64,000 bases of DNA from Octopus vulgaris (lineage: Eukaryota): positions 42,904,001 through 42,968,000 of the forward strand of contig OX597826.1 of assembly GCA_951406725.2 (NCBI GenBank). The letters run 5' to 3'. Made by a program: the position numbers and the translations under genes. The notes below the pieces were generated by a model. It did no database searches. It was not told the DNA's origin and was given only the letters and a program-made list of their open reading frames with translations. The stretch's first letter is position 1; each line of letters opens with the position of its first letter. Below, in pieces: positions 49,796 through 63,734 of this stretch.

Positions 49796-51915
49796 TGTGA
49801 AGTAGACATTTCTTTCTTCTAGCTGCACAGTGATGAGGGCTTCCTGTGTTTGTGGGAAGGTATGTTACCTACAATAGTCTGAGGGAAAAAACATTTCTTA
49901 TCCATTTAACATTATAAAATTGCATCTACACCTCAAGGGGCTCATAACATTAGCATTAAAAACCAAAAAAAACAAACAAAAGCAATTCACTTATTTTGTA
50001 GTGCATGAAATGACAGCAGGCTTTTAGTTCTCTAAAGAGCTAGGGAGATTAAAAAAAAAAAACACAGAAGGTTTTTAATATTTAAGCATCTACATCATTT
50101 ATTCATAACAATTAAAATAAAAAATTTGAAAAAAAATTGTCAAATTTTAATTTGGATCTGAGCAGTTTTGTAAATGAAGCAAATATGTACAAAAGCAAAG
50201 GGGGGAAAAAAAGAAGCAAAAAAAGTTAAAGTAGGAACTTAATCAGGCGGAACCAAACCAGTATACATTAAAATCAGAAACCAGGTGTTTCAATCTACAG
50301 TTGAAAGCTCAGCTTTTTATATGCCTCTGATGTAGCATTAGACTACAAAGTTAGAGCAAATCACTCAGTAATGCTGTGAGGTCAATATATTCTAGCTAAG
50401 GATTTTAAGCAAAAAGCTTATGGTTGATTGGAGCATGAATTTTCAGGAGCGAGGTGGAAAAAAAAAAAAAAATTGATAAATGATAAATGGTTCTGAAATC
50501 AATATTTAAATTATGAAATAATGAGATGGAGTTTTATGTGTGGGCATATGTGTGTATATGCATACTTTACACACGTACACACACCATCATCATTTAATGA
50601 TTATACATAGGTGTTAATGGTGAAAAAAGACATTCGGGAAAGGATTATTAGAAAGATTTTGAAAATATTAATCCATTGAAATATTCAATAGCTGACTGTG
50701 AATTTTATGGCAAAAGAATTTTCTTCAGAAATACTAAAAGAGAAAGAGATTAGAATTTTTAATTGTCTATTAACATTTTACTGCCAGCCCCTCGCCCCAA
50801 TCCTCCACCTTTTCCAACAGTAATCTTTCGTTTCTTTTTCACTCGTAAAAAGGAAAAGTTAAGTTAATCTTATCTAATGAATGATGTGTGTTCATGCACG
50901 CGATCACGCCAACACGCACACAAATACATATATTCATGCACGTGTGCACAATAGCAATTCCGAGAGGATTAATATATTCCAAAGCTGGTTATTTTACTGA
51001 AAATATATATATATAAGAAAAATTTCAATTTGATTGACTGAATTTATATAATGTTGCTGGTTGTGTTATTCTGTGTAAATAGAATCAACTTTTGGCAGCG
51101 AAGGTGTCATGACAGGAAAAATAGGTTGTGTGTGGGTGGTGGCAGGGGTATGTGTAGTGGTTTAGAGAATTTAAGTTGATGAGAATTGACAACATTTCAT
51201 TATTAAGATTAAGGAACATATGATTACTTTACTGACAAGTCTTGTCATATTGCCATAGAAACATCAACAGTTGGCTAAATGGCACCTGCTTGTCAGACTA
51301 ATAGAAAATATGACAGGCAACGTCATCGCCAGAGACAGATGTATAATCAAGGGAAATTTGATTAGATATAAATCCTTTCCTCTCATCAGCTTGGCTAAAA
51401 GAAAACAGAAGAACAGAACAAAAAAAACACCAAAAACAAAAACAGGAAACCTTTACCCGCCACCCCACAAGATCACTACCGCAGACCTATCTATCCAATA
51501 AATAGCTATTGTCACCATTGCTTATGTGTCAGTTTAAAAAACAGGAGATGATTATTGCAGGCAAATTTGTGGACAGTAAAACTAAACGAACAAGATCAAG
51601 AAGTGACAGAGAAAGCTGTTAAGAAAGCCAAACAGGTTAAAATAAGCAACGAAAAATTTTTCTCCCCATTTGATTAAATAGATGGCAATGATTCGTTTAA
51701 TCCACAGAGCTATTACAGCTAACATCAAATTCTTAATATATTAAAAGCCATTCCGTCTACATGGTTGTTTCATTAGATTCAAGGCTAATTAATTTGTTAA
51801 AAAGACAAGAGTTATACTTCATTGGAATCAATTCCAGTATAAATAATAATTTCTTTTATTGACTTGAAGAATGGGTCTTGTGTCTCAGACTTGAGAAGAA
51901 AGAAATTAAAGATAT

Positions 51916-52078
51916 AGGCGCAGGAGTGGCTGTGTGGTAAGTAGCTTGCTTACCAACCATATGGTTCCGGGTTCAGTCCCACTGCGTGGCATCTTGGGCA
52001 AGTGTCTTCTGCTATAGCCCCGGGCCGACCAATGCCTTGTGAGTGGATTTGGTAGATGGAAACTGAAAGAAGCCTGTC

Positions 52079-52119
<41 letters not shown>

Positions 52120-52321
52120 GTGTGTGTATATGTTTGTCCCCCTAGCATTGCTTGACAACCGATGCTGGTGTGTTTACGTCCCCGTCACTTAGCGGTTCGG
52201 CAAAAGAGACCGATAGAATAAGTACTGGGCTTACAAAGAATAAGACCCGGGGTTGATTTGCTTGACTAAAGGCGATGCTCCAGCATGGCCGCAATCAAAT
52301 GACTGAAACAAGTAAAAGAGT
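51916..52321 (+). mobile_element. SINE family B, full length, young
   Basis: Near-consensus copy. Confidence 0.88.
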
Positions 52322-52679
52322 AACCTAATTATATATATCATAATAAACATTATCGACTGCACATACTTAAAGTATGAGTTTTGCTTGTTTGTCAGTATGC
52401 TATAGTTTAGCATAGTGGGAGAAAACTCCCTCAACTTGCCTCTAATCCCATTCAGGAGTGATGGATACTGATATTTCACTATTGGGATTAGGGGCAAGTT
52501 GTCTTGCTTGTCTATCACTTTCAGGTGTTTTAACATCCAGTGCTTTGAGGGAGTCATCTCCACTGTGTTAAACTGCAGCATACTGGCAAATAAGCAAAAC
52601 ACATATATTGAGTATATGCATCTGATAATGTTTACAACACTAGCGCTGCTTCTAATCATAATTGGATATATGTATAATT

Positions 52680-53085
52680 TTACTAGTTTCAGTCATTTGA
52701 CTGTGGCCATACTGGAGCACTGCCTTAAAGAGTTTTAGGCAAAGAAATTAACCCGAGGACTTATTCTCTGTAAGCCTAGCACTTCGGTCACTTTTGTCGA
52801 ATTGCTAAATTACAGGGACATAAACACAGCAGCATCACTTGTCAAGTTATGGTGGGGGTGAAACATACAGATACATACAAATACATATATATATATAATA
52901 CACATACACACGACAGGCTTCTTTTAGTTTCTGTCTACCAAATCCACTCACAAGGCTTTAGTTGGCCTGAGGCTATAGTAGAAGACACTTGCCCAAGGTA
53001 CCAAGTAGTGAGAGTGAACCCAGAACCATGTGGTTGGGAAGTAAGCTTATTACCATAGTCATGCCTGCATCTATATGTATGTATG

Positions 53086-53122
<37 letters not shown>

Positions 53123-53460
53123 ATACTGCAGCCATGCTGGAGCACCGCCTTTAGTCAAGCAAATCGGCCCCAGGACTTATTCTTTGTAAGCCTAGTACTT
53201 ATTTTACCGGTCTCTTTAGCCGAACCACTAAGTTACGGGGATGTAAACACACCAGCATCAGTTGTCAGGGGGGACAAACATACACACACGTACATATATA
53301 TGACGGGCTTCTTTCAGTTTCTATCTACCAAATCCACTCATAAGGCTTTGGTCAGCTCGAGGCAATAGTAGAAGACAGTTGCCCAAGGTGCAACGCAGTG
53401 GGACTGAACCCGGAACCATGTGGTTGGTAAGCAAGCTACTTACCACACAGCCACTCCTGT
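52680..53460 (-). mobile_element. Two tandem SINE family B copies
   Basis: 52680-53070 and 53125-53460, separated by (TA)n. Confidence 0.8.
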
Positions 53461-54553
53461 ATATGCTAATGGTATGCTAATGATTTCACCAGCTTACCAC
53501 CTTACTACTACTACTTCTACAAATAATATTAATAATGATAATAATAATAATAATAATAATAAAAGGAATTGTTTATAATTAGGTAAATTTTCTACTGAAC
53601 CTATTCCAACACAGAGAAAACATCCATTAAAGTAGCAGTCATGATGATGATGACGATGATGACACCAATGATGATGTCAAAAGTGCACCAAACTATTGCT
53701 GAGAAAGTCAGCTTTCTTGTGAAGAAAAAAGGAATTTTTTTTTTAATAACACAAAGCAACAAAGTTGCAGTTATTAATTCTAAAATTAATAAATTAATTA
53801 AAAATGTGAGAATGACTTAGGTTTAGAAATAATTATTGAAATATAAAAACAGAAGAAAACTAGCAATGATATATTGAAAAATATTAATTGCTTTTGTTAA
53901 AAATGGTAACGAAATATTGATCGAATGAATATTTGTGTAGTTTATTTTTCTTTTTTTTTTTTTTGATCACATAGAGATTACTTTATTTATGGTAAACTAC
54001 CAGCAAATATTTTTGCTTGTTTTATAACAGAAATTCATCTGAACGGAGAAGTTGTTCTCTGAAGGCAAAATACAAAAGAGATTAACTTATTCACATTCAA
54101 ATCTGCTTGGAACATGTTAAGAATGAATATGTTCATCATCGTTTTCATTCTTGCTGTTTCATGTGCGCATAATAATTTATTGTCAACTTGACAGACATCA
54201 ATACACATCAGCAAATAATTTGTTTGCTGAATTTCTATCAAGGACCATGATCCACAATTACATATTTAGATTTAGAGATCTGAGGGAAGTTGAAGAGATA
54301 CAATGAGGTTGAAACAGTATTATTTCAAAGTCCCCCTACATCACTGAATTGAGTGTGTTGTTCAACATACATTGTGAGAAGGGAGAAGTTGGGCTCTGAA
54401 AGTGAGATACAACAGTTAACATATTCATGCTCATATCAACTGGAACATGTTAAAAATGAATATATATGCAGACTATGCCAGCATGGTATATGGATGCATG
54501 ATGATGATGATGATGATAACGATATCATTATTTAATAATTTATTATTATTATT

Positions 54554-55094
54554 GAGTGAGAGAGCAGTGCATGCCATCAAAGTGACACTGAGGTACAAAT
54601 ATATGAAGCCCAATATACCTACCAGGCACATGTATCACAACCATATGTGAGTAACATGGTGATCTCATATTAGGATAAACAGTGCATTACCTTATAGGTG
54701 GGGCCCAGTTAGAATTTTCTTCAAGTTGAGTAGCCCATCCTGCTCAAAAGGTCCCTAAATAAGGTTTGTTTAAGGATGATGAACAGAATACCTACGTTTC
54801 CAGAGATGAATTATTCAAACACTAAAGAATTCCTCTCAACACATGGCTATGATGCTCCGCCACATAGCAACACATGGCTATGATGCTCTGTACGTGATCA
54901 GAAATATACATATCATCAGCCACTAAGGAAAATGCTCAACTGGTTAAGGTCAAGCAACTGACAAGCAAATCTGTGGTATTGAGCAGAATATTTGCTGTAA
55001 CCTATCTTTTATACCAAGATGAATAAATGTACATGATAACACTTCCAATCAGTTAAGATCAAAAGCCACGAGAGTCAGTGCCTGGTACTGCATC
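54554..55094 (-). mobile_element. Non-coding ~540 bp element embedded in (TAA)n
   Basis: Higher-GC block with sharp ends, TTA/TAA repeats on both sides, no ORF or TIR seen. Confidence 0.5.
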
Positions 55095-55107
55095 ATTATT
55101 ATTACTC

Positions 55108-55326
55108 CTAAGGCAGTGAGCTGGCAGAATTGTTTGCATGCCAGGCAAAATGCTTTCCAGCATTTCGTCCGTCTTAATGTTCTGAGTTCAAATTCCACTG
55201 AGGTCAACTTTGCCTTTCATCCTTTTGGGGTTGATAAATTGAGTACCAGTCAAGAACTGAGGTCAATGTGATTGACTATCACCTTCCCCACAAATTTCAG
55301 GCCTTGTGCCTAAAGTAGAAAAGATT
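55108..55326 (+). mobile_element. SINE family A, older-tail variant
   Basis: Head ggcagtgagctggcagaa, core and tail ggccttgtgcc...gaaaagattatt. Confidence 0.8.
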
Positions 55327-55518
55327 ATTTCTTTTTTAATTTTTTGCTTTCAATTGTCTTGTCTGAAGAAATCTGCTTTTTGAATAGCTTATTGTATTCT
55401 TGTATACACTTTTTCTTTTTTATACACATGGGATGGTTTTTACTATATTCTTTCATATTTTCAAAATTAAATGAAAGAAAATCATTGTATTTTAAGAGAA
55501 ATGAGGTATCCAAAGGGC

Positions 55519-56068
55519 TTAAACCTTTAGCATTCAAACTGGCCATATCTAGCCCAAATATTCTATCCGTTTAATGCTATCAAACCAGCCATATCCGTGG
55601 AGGCACATGACCTAGTGGTTAGAGCAGCAGACTCGCGGTCGAGGGATCGCGGGTTCGAATCTCAGACCGGGCGATGGGTGTGTTTATGAGCGAAACACCT
55701 AAGCTCCACGTGACTCCAGCAGAAGGTAATGGCGAACCTATGCTGACTCTTTCGCCACAACTTTCTCTCACTCTTTCCTCCTGCATCTTGCAGCTCACCT
55801 GCGACGGACCGGCGAACCGTCCAGGTGGGGAACCTATACGCCAATGAAACCGGGAAACTGGCCCTTATGAGCCAGGCATGGCTCAAGAAGGAACAAACAA
55901 CAAACAGCCATATCTGGTTTCCCACACCTATTCTACAATGCCATTCTAAAAATAAAACAATTACATCATTGAAATCTCAAAGCTATGAGATAATGCATGA
56001 TTAACTTAAAATGGTGTGAATAAATAAGCACTATGTCTGAAAGAGTAATCTGAATGCTAATAGGTTAA
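55519..56068. mobile_element. TTAA MITE (second family) with a nested tRNA-derived SINE at 55597-55904 (+)
   Basis: ttaaacctttagcattca...tgaatgctaataggttaa; the SINE has a GGTTCGAATC B box and TSD cagccatatc; uninterrupted MITE relative at 62511-62738. Confidence 0.8.
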
Positions 56069-56852
56069 ACATTTCAATTTTAAAAGGAAAGCAAAAATGG
56101 GTTAAATTTTAGTAATGATTCTAATTCATAGTGTTTTATTCTGAAGGAAAACTGACATTTCCTGATGATAGCCTAAGTGTAGGTGAAGCATTTCTCTAAC
56201 ACAGTTCTGTTATTGACTACAGATGGAGTTATATTTTAAAACAAGTATTACAGGACAGCCGAAATACCTGAATGCATAGAAAAAGCCGCACTCTTCCCAA
56301 GACTACATTCCAGCATTAAACATTAACAGTCTGAAAAGCTAAGTTGATTACATGACAACCTAAACGACTTGCCAATGCCCTACAAAAACAATTTTAATTG
56401 ACAAGCCAGATATCTTAATAATTTTTCTATCTTAAGCTCTATGCAGAAAATAACAATTTCCATACAAACAGGTTGTAGAGATTATAAAAAGAAAACAGAA
56501 GGCTGATTAAGACCAAGGGCTGATTTCCTGCTATTTTAAAATCACTGATTAAAAAACATCAGACAGGATCAGCTACAAAATTGTAAACTGAGATTTTTAT
56601 AAGTTACCAACCACCACATCAGTTCTGTTTTTAAGTCTATGATAATACTACAAAGACAATCAACATTTTACTGAGTTATTTCAAGCAAGAGCAAGTGACA
56701 TGTTAAGCATGTTGCCCAGTGAAAAACCCTGCAGTGGATTCCGGATAATTTAAAAAATTATGTTGGAAGTTTCACTTCATTAAATGTTGGCAGTTAAATT
56801 CAAAATTGTAATAATCTAACTAACCTTTCTCTCTCATATATATATATATATA

Positions 56853-57305
56853 TCATCATCATCATTTAATGTCCGTTTTCCATGCTAGCATGGGTTGGAC
56901 GGTTCGACTGGGGTCTGGTAAGCCATGAAGGCTGCACCAGGCTCCAGTCTGGTTTGGCAGTGTTTCTACAACTGGATGCCCTTCCTAATGCCAACCACTC
57001 CGTGAGTGTAGTGGGTGTTTTTTACGTGCCACCGGTACAGGGCCGGAAGAGGCTGGCAAACGGCAACGATCGGTTGGTGCTTTTACGTGTCACCGACACG
57101 GACGCCAGTCAGGCAGCGCTGGCATCTGCCACGTTTGGACAGTGCTTTTTACGTGTCATCGGCACAGGTGTCTTAACTACAATTTCCATTTGATTTTTAT
57201 TTTGATATTGGTGTTGACGTACTTGACTCAATAGGTCTCCTCGAGAACAGTGGGTCACTCTACGATCCAAGGTTAGCGCAGCAGGCCGTCCTGCGAGCCA
57301 TGAAC
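56853..57305 (-). mobile_element. Family C (RTE) 3' end in (TA)n
   Basis: (CAT)n tail, family C UTR with internal repeats, TA tracts on both sides. Confidence 0.75.
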
Positions 57306-58089
57306 TTATATATATATATATATATATATATCTGTATATCACTGGACCAACCAGGCTATCAGATGTTGTTATACACCACTGATTACAGTGTGCTTCCTAG
57401 CAATGCTTTAGCTTTCAAATGATGCCATCCCGCTGGCTAAGTGAGCAGGCCAACATTCCTTTGAATGGAATGCCTGTCCATTGCAAGGTTAACCCATTTA
57501 CAGCTGAGTGGACTGGAGTAACATGAAATGTTTGCTTAAGAACACAATACATTGCCAGTCAGAATTGAAACCATGATCTTGTGATTATGAGTGCAACACC
57601 CTAACTGCTAGGTCACATGCTGTGGTATATCTATATCTAAATCTAAACACTTAAATGTATTATCTCTTATAGCAGAAACAGCTATAAGCCAATGAAGTTC
57701 ATTACATAAATTCTTGTTCCCTTGTCATTTATATAATCTCCAAACTATTTATGTACACCCACCTGCCTGTCTATATACACCCATCTATCTATCTGTATAC
57801 GCTCATCTATCTACCTGTATACACCAGTCTGTCTACATCTATCCATTTAAATTCTACACCTATCTATTTATCTAAATATATAATACCTTTCTATGTATAA
57901 CTATCTTTTCATCGATCTAAATATATATATATATGTGTGTGTGTGTGTATATATGTGTATATTTATCTATCTATATATATAAGTATGTATGTATGTATGT
58001 ACGTATGTGTGTATATATATACATATATGTGTGTGTGTGTATACATACACATATCTTTCTATGTATAACTATCTGTCAGTCTGTTGATC

Positions 58090-58135
<46 letters not shown>

Positions 58136-59726
58136 CACATGTGTGTTTTTTAACACAGCATATTACAAAAAATATTTGTAGACTATTTTAAAAACCAGCA
58201 AACAATTTATTCTTTCACAAAAGATTCTATCCAGAATCAATTTCCAATTGCAAATGAAGAGATCATGTTTGTTTACTGTCAAAATAAGATGGTGAAAAAA
58301 AAAAAAAAAAAAAAATCATTGAATACTCTAAGTCGTGTGTCTACCTATCCTTCTGAAGTGGTGTATCAGCAAAGAAGTCAACACTACATTAAGTTGACAT
58401 TTCAATTATTCTGCACTGGAGTTTGATTTACCTGAACCGACATGGTATTAGTTACACTTGGACTTGTACAAAGTTTACAAATAAATGAAGCAAAGTTTGC
58501 AAATAAAATTATTTATCATAGAAAGAAATATCCAGTAAATTTGTACTATGCCGCCTAGCCATTAAATCACACATAATTTATTCTAGTTAGGCTATAAAAG
58601 TTACTTAAGACTGTAATGAATAAAGCTTTAACTCTTTGTTAACATGTTATTGTCTAGTAAAAGATCGAAATCAGTGCCAATGTTTGGAAAATAATTTAGA
58701 TATTTTCAACTGGAAAATCTTATCTCAGTTTCCATGAATGAAAATGACTGACCATAAAAAAAAAACAACAACAACAACAACAATAACAACAACTTTATTA
58801 TAATATATATAATAGAATCCTATTTCAGTATTACTCTGTCAAGTCAGACCATCTGGTCAGCTTATTGTTTCAGTCAGTTCCCCTCTGCCACCATCCGAGC
58901 CCTCTCCACCCCTATGTTTTCTACAGCATCTTCTTTGTCTTCTTTACCTTTTCCAAATCTCACTCTGAAAACCATTATCCGCTAATGGAGGTCATAAATC
59001 AACAGAAGTCAAATAATGTAGGGAGGGAGAATTATGGTTATCAGTTCAGTTTTTCAAAGTTATCTTTTCTTCTAATGAGGCTATATATATATATATATAT
59101 ATATGTATGAATACATACATATACACATACATCTCTCTCTCTCTAACTACACACACACATATATGAGAGTATGTATGTATGCAAAAAAAACCAAAAAACA
59201 ATGCATGGTAAAATATCTACAGTGGTAACTGGTGGGGGTTTTCCATCCTCTTGGTAATGTTATCGTGAGATAAGCAGTCATAACAAGACCTGGAAGACAA
59301 AACACCCCAAAATGCACAAGAGAACAAAAGCTTCTACACTGTTATATTATGAGAATATAAGAAAGAAAAAAAAAATCTGTGGCTATTTCTGCATCAATTT
59401 ATAAAGTTTTAAAGATATTATTAGAAACATGAAGAAAAAAAAAACATCATAAAATTTATATAATCATAAGGCTTCAATGAAAGAAATACATCTTAAAGAT
59501 TCATGTGCATGTGCTGTAGGAGCAGGTATGGTTCTATGGTCAAGAAGTTTGTTTCATGACCAAATGTCTTTTACTTCAGCTCCATAGCTCGAACAAAGCC
59601 TCTTGTGAGTGAATTTGGTAGATGTAAAGTGAAAGAAGCACATAGTGTGGATGTATATATGTCTGCCTGTGTATTCATGTATGAATCTTTATGTAAGTGT
59701 GTGTGTGTGAATATATATATATATCT

Positions 59727-60122
59727 TTTTCTCTTTTACTGGTTTCAGTCATTTGACTGTGGCCATGCTGGAGCACTGCCTTTAGTCGAGCAAGTTGACC
59801 CCAGGACTTATTCTTTGGAAGCCTAGTACTTATTCTATCGGTCTCTTTTGCCGAACCGCTAAGTTACGGGGATGTAAACAAACCACCATTGGTTGTCAAG
59901 CGATGTTGGGGGGGACAAACACAGACACACAAACACAGACACACAAACATATACACACACATACATATATGCGACGGGCTTCTTTCAGTTTCCACTCACA
60001 AGGCTTTGGTCGACCTGAGGCTATAGTGGAAGACACTTGCCCAAGGAGCCACACAGTGAGAATGAACCTGGAACCATGTGGTTGGTAAGCAAGCTACTTA
60101 CCACACAGCCACTCCTACGCCT
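59727..60122 (-). mobile_element. SINE family B
   Basis: Near full length. Confidence 0.85.
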
Positions 60123-61699
60123 AATCATTGTTTAACACCTGCTCTCAATGACGGTGATATATATAATATATACACACACACACAAACTCATAAAGAAAAT
60201 CTAGTCTATATCGTAGGATGCAAATGAAATTGCAGTTAATGTATCACAGTTCTCCTTCTCCTAGAGAAATCAAATACTAAACAAAGACTAGAAACCACTC
60301 ACTCTCAGCTGTTCACTCTACAGAGTTCATCTGCCCTTTGTCAGGTTTTTGTCTCTCCTATGTAAACCACTCTCCCAACCAAATAAACTTTGTAGGGTTA
60401 TCGGTTTAGTTTCCAATGGCCTGACCATGCAACAGGTTGTACTTGGTTATATATGTACATGTGTCTGTGAGTGTATGTGCATACACACAAGCACACACAT
60501 ATACACATGACAGGTTTCCACATAGTTTCTGTCTACTAAATTCACTTACAAGGCATTGATTGGCCCAGGGCTATAGTAGAAGACACTGGCCCAAGGTGCT
60601 ATGCAGCGAAACTGGACCCAAAGTCATTTGGTTGCAAAACACAAACTTCTTAATCACACATCCCTGACTCTACCTGAGAAGTATAATTCATTTTCCCGAT
60701 ACCAAATTCACTCAAAAGTCTACAGTGCACCTGGGGTCATAGCAGAAGACATTTGCTCAAGGTACTGCACAGCAGGACTGAACCTGGAACCACATGGATG
60801 GGAAGCAAACTTCTTAACTACTTGGTCATGTGTATGTTTGTCCTAAGTGTGAGTTGGTATTATTGAAGGCAACATCTAGATACCATCATAAGCACACTTA
60901 GATACCTTGGCAATAAACTACTAAAACTACTAAAATACCCATCTCTTTCCATATAGAGACACAAAAATCTATACACAGTACTTACTTATATGGCTGACTA
61001 AAAGCTTACATCAATAAAACTGTAAATGAAAGTCTCTTAATCTGTCCAAAATAACCTTTGATATAAATATAGAGAGAAAAAAAAAAGGCAACAATAGCCA
61101 AATTTTAATGAAAAGATGTGTACCTGAAAAGAACCAAATAAAAGGATGGGTGGGGGATGGAATAAAAAAACAAAAACAAAAATAAGCTAGTGTCACTGAG
61201 AACCCTTTGCTCTGAGAATATTTATTTTCAGGAGAAGCTTTTATAACCACTGAAAGGGTTATGTTTACCTTAGATTCTGTTTGAAGTTTTTGTATGTCGA
61301 TTTGTTATAGGGGCTGGAAAATGAAAGCCACTCAAGCACAACATACAAAATAATCAATAAACTAGGAAGATAAAAGCAGAAAAGGTTACTAGTGAGCCTT
61401 AAAAATAAAACTCCCTGAAAAACAAAAAAGCAATTTTTTTTTAGTCCCCCCCCCTTCTCATTTTTCCTACCAGCCTTAAAATGCTTTCAAACATTTGTGA
61501 GAATCAAAAGCAAATTCAACAGTTGAAAGCCAGAGTATACATTGAAAGTACATTAACCTCAGTAAATTCTTAAATGATGACTATTAAATTTTTAACGAGT
61601 ATGATGGCTATATATATATATATATATATAAAAGTTTAGGACCTGGTTAAATAAAATTTCATTCTTGAAATCACATTTTAGTTCCTTAATAATACTATT

Positions 61700-62510
61700 T
61701 CTCTTTACTCTTTCACTTGTTTCAGTCATTTGACTTCGGCCATGCTAGAGCACCACCTTTAGTCGAGCAAATCGACCCCAGGACTTATTCTTCGTAAGAC
61801 TAGTACTTATTCTATCAGTGTCTTTTGCTGAACTGCTAAGTTATGGGGACATAAACACACCATCATCGGTTGTCAAGCGATGTTGCGGGGACAAACACAG
61901 ACACACAAACATACACATATATATATATATACACACACACACACACGCACATATATACGACGGGCTTCTTTCAGTTTCCGTCTACCAAATCCACTCAAGG
62001 CTTTGGTCGGTCTGAAGCTATAGTAGAAGATGCTTGCCCAAGGTGTCACGCAGTGGGACTGAACCCGGAACCATGTGGTTGGTAAGCAAGCTACTTACCA
62101 CACAGCCACTCCTACGCCTTTTTCGTGAAAAATATTTTATCTTTTACTTTTATCCTTTACTTTGTTTTAGTCACTGGGAGCTCAGCCATGCTGGAACACC
62201 ACCTTGATGGGTTTAGTTGGATAAATTGATCCCAGTATTTAATTTTAAGTGTGGCACTAACTCTATTGGACTCTTTTGCTGAACTGCTAGGTTATGGGGA
62301 CTACAAACAAACAGTGCACGGAGAGGAACACAAAGCCACACACACACACAATGGGGTTTCACAGAGTTTCCCTCTACCAAATTCACTTTCAAGGCATTGG
62401 TTGTCCTGGAACTATAGTAGAAGAGACATATTCAAGGTGCAAAGCAATGAGATTGAACCTGAAACCATGCTGTTGCAAAGTGAGCTTCTCAACCATGTAG
62501 CCATGCCTGT
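61700..62510 (-). mobile_element. Two SINE family B copies (young 61700-62119, old 62150-62510)
   Basis: Similarity to family B. Confidence 0.8.
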
Positions 62511-62738
62511 TTAACCCTTTAACATTTAAACCGGCCATATCCGGCCCCAATGGTCTACCTGTTTTATGTTCAAACTGGCCAGATCCAGTCTCTCCCACTT
62601 ACCCTACAATGTCCTTCTAAAATTAAATGGTTACATTTTCAAAATCTTGAAGCTACAAGATAATACGTGATTAATTTTTTAAAATATAAATACATAAACA
62701 TTACATTTGATAAATTAATCTGAATGCTAAAGGGTTAA
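62511..62738. mobile_element. TTAA piggyBac-like MITE (second family)
   Basis: ttaaccctttaacattta...tgaatgctaaagggttaa. Confidence 0.82.
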
Positions 62739-63476
62739 ACATATTTGTTAATAATATATTTCTTCTATGCAACCTCACTATTTTTCCACAGAAAAGAAAA
62801 AAAAAGATAAACAAGCAAAAAAAAACAGCATGATTTTTCTGTGCTATTTGGCATCAGTTTAATGAGGTGTATAAAGGAAGGGAAGCTAAATGGAAGACAT
62901 GAGTTCAAATGCACTCATCAACACAGGCATAGCTGTGGGGTTAAGAGGTTTGCTTTGCAACCAAGTGGCTTTGGGTTCAGTCCCACTGCACAGTAACTTG
63001 GGCAAGTGTCCAAAGTCTTGTAAGTGAATTTGGAGGACATAACTTGTTGAAAACCTATCATATGTGTGTGTGTGTGTGTATATATTTACATTTTGCACTC
63101 TTCTTATAAAAATTGCTGAGCCACAGATTGTGATGCTGTTGACATTTTCTTGTTAATAAATCATCTAATAGTTCTGCATTTTTGAAAGCAAATGGAATTA
63201 AAAATCCCCCACTTGTTTACACCACAGGAGTAGAACTTATTTTATTTTGCTGGTTTATATTAAATACAAAAGGGGCCATATTCTCCATTAGTTTTGTTTA
63301 GATAACAGGACCTTATCCTTTTGAATAGGTTTGAGATAAAGATAGGGCAAGGCAGAGAGTATCAACCTCTTTCATACCAACCTGATTGAGACCATCCCTG
63401 TTCTATGATACAAATTTCCTGTTGAAACCTTTTTGATATCAACCTGTCCAAGACCACCCTAGTTCTGTGATATAAA

Positions 63477-63734
63477 AAAAAAAAAATGCACCCTTTTAAA
63501 GCCTAGCCAGGATCGTGGGCCCAGTTTCCCGGTTTCAATGGCGTATGTGTTCCCCAGCTGGATGGGACACCAATCCATTGCAGTGTTACTCATTTTTACC
63601 AGCTGAGTGGACTGGAGCAACGTGAAATGAAGTGTTTTGCTCAAGAACACAACGTGTCGCCCGGTCCAGGAATCGAAACCACAATCTTACGATCATGGTG
63701 CTGACACCCTAGCCACTAAGCCACGCGCCTCCAC
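63477..63734 (-). mobile_element. tRNA-derived SINE (family D head, different tail) nested in a TTAA MITE
   Basis: TSD tctgtgatataaa at 63464-63476 and 63735-63747. Confidence 0.8.

Noticed and set aside
54035-54100. Strong minus-strand acceptor-like ttttgtattttgccttcag
   Set aside because: Followed by early stops or non-cadherin peptide in all frames; no convincing exon.
55597-55672. tRNA-like sequence with A and B boxes
   Set aside because: No proper acceptor stem, and it continues into a SINE body with a TSD, so it is a SINE head rather than a tRNA gene.
61269-61313. 45 nt minus-strand segment with ttttccag acceptor and gtaaac donor (coordinates approximate)
   Set aside because: It has a stop in phase 0, which the next cadherin exon requires, and no cadherin motif. 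There is no evidence that it is spliced.
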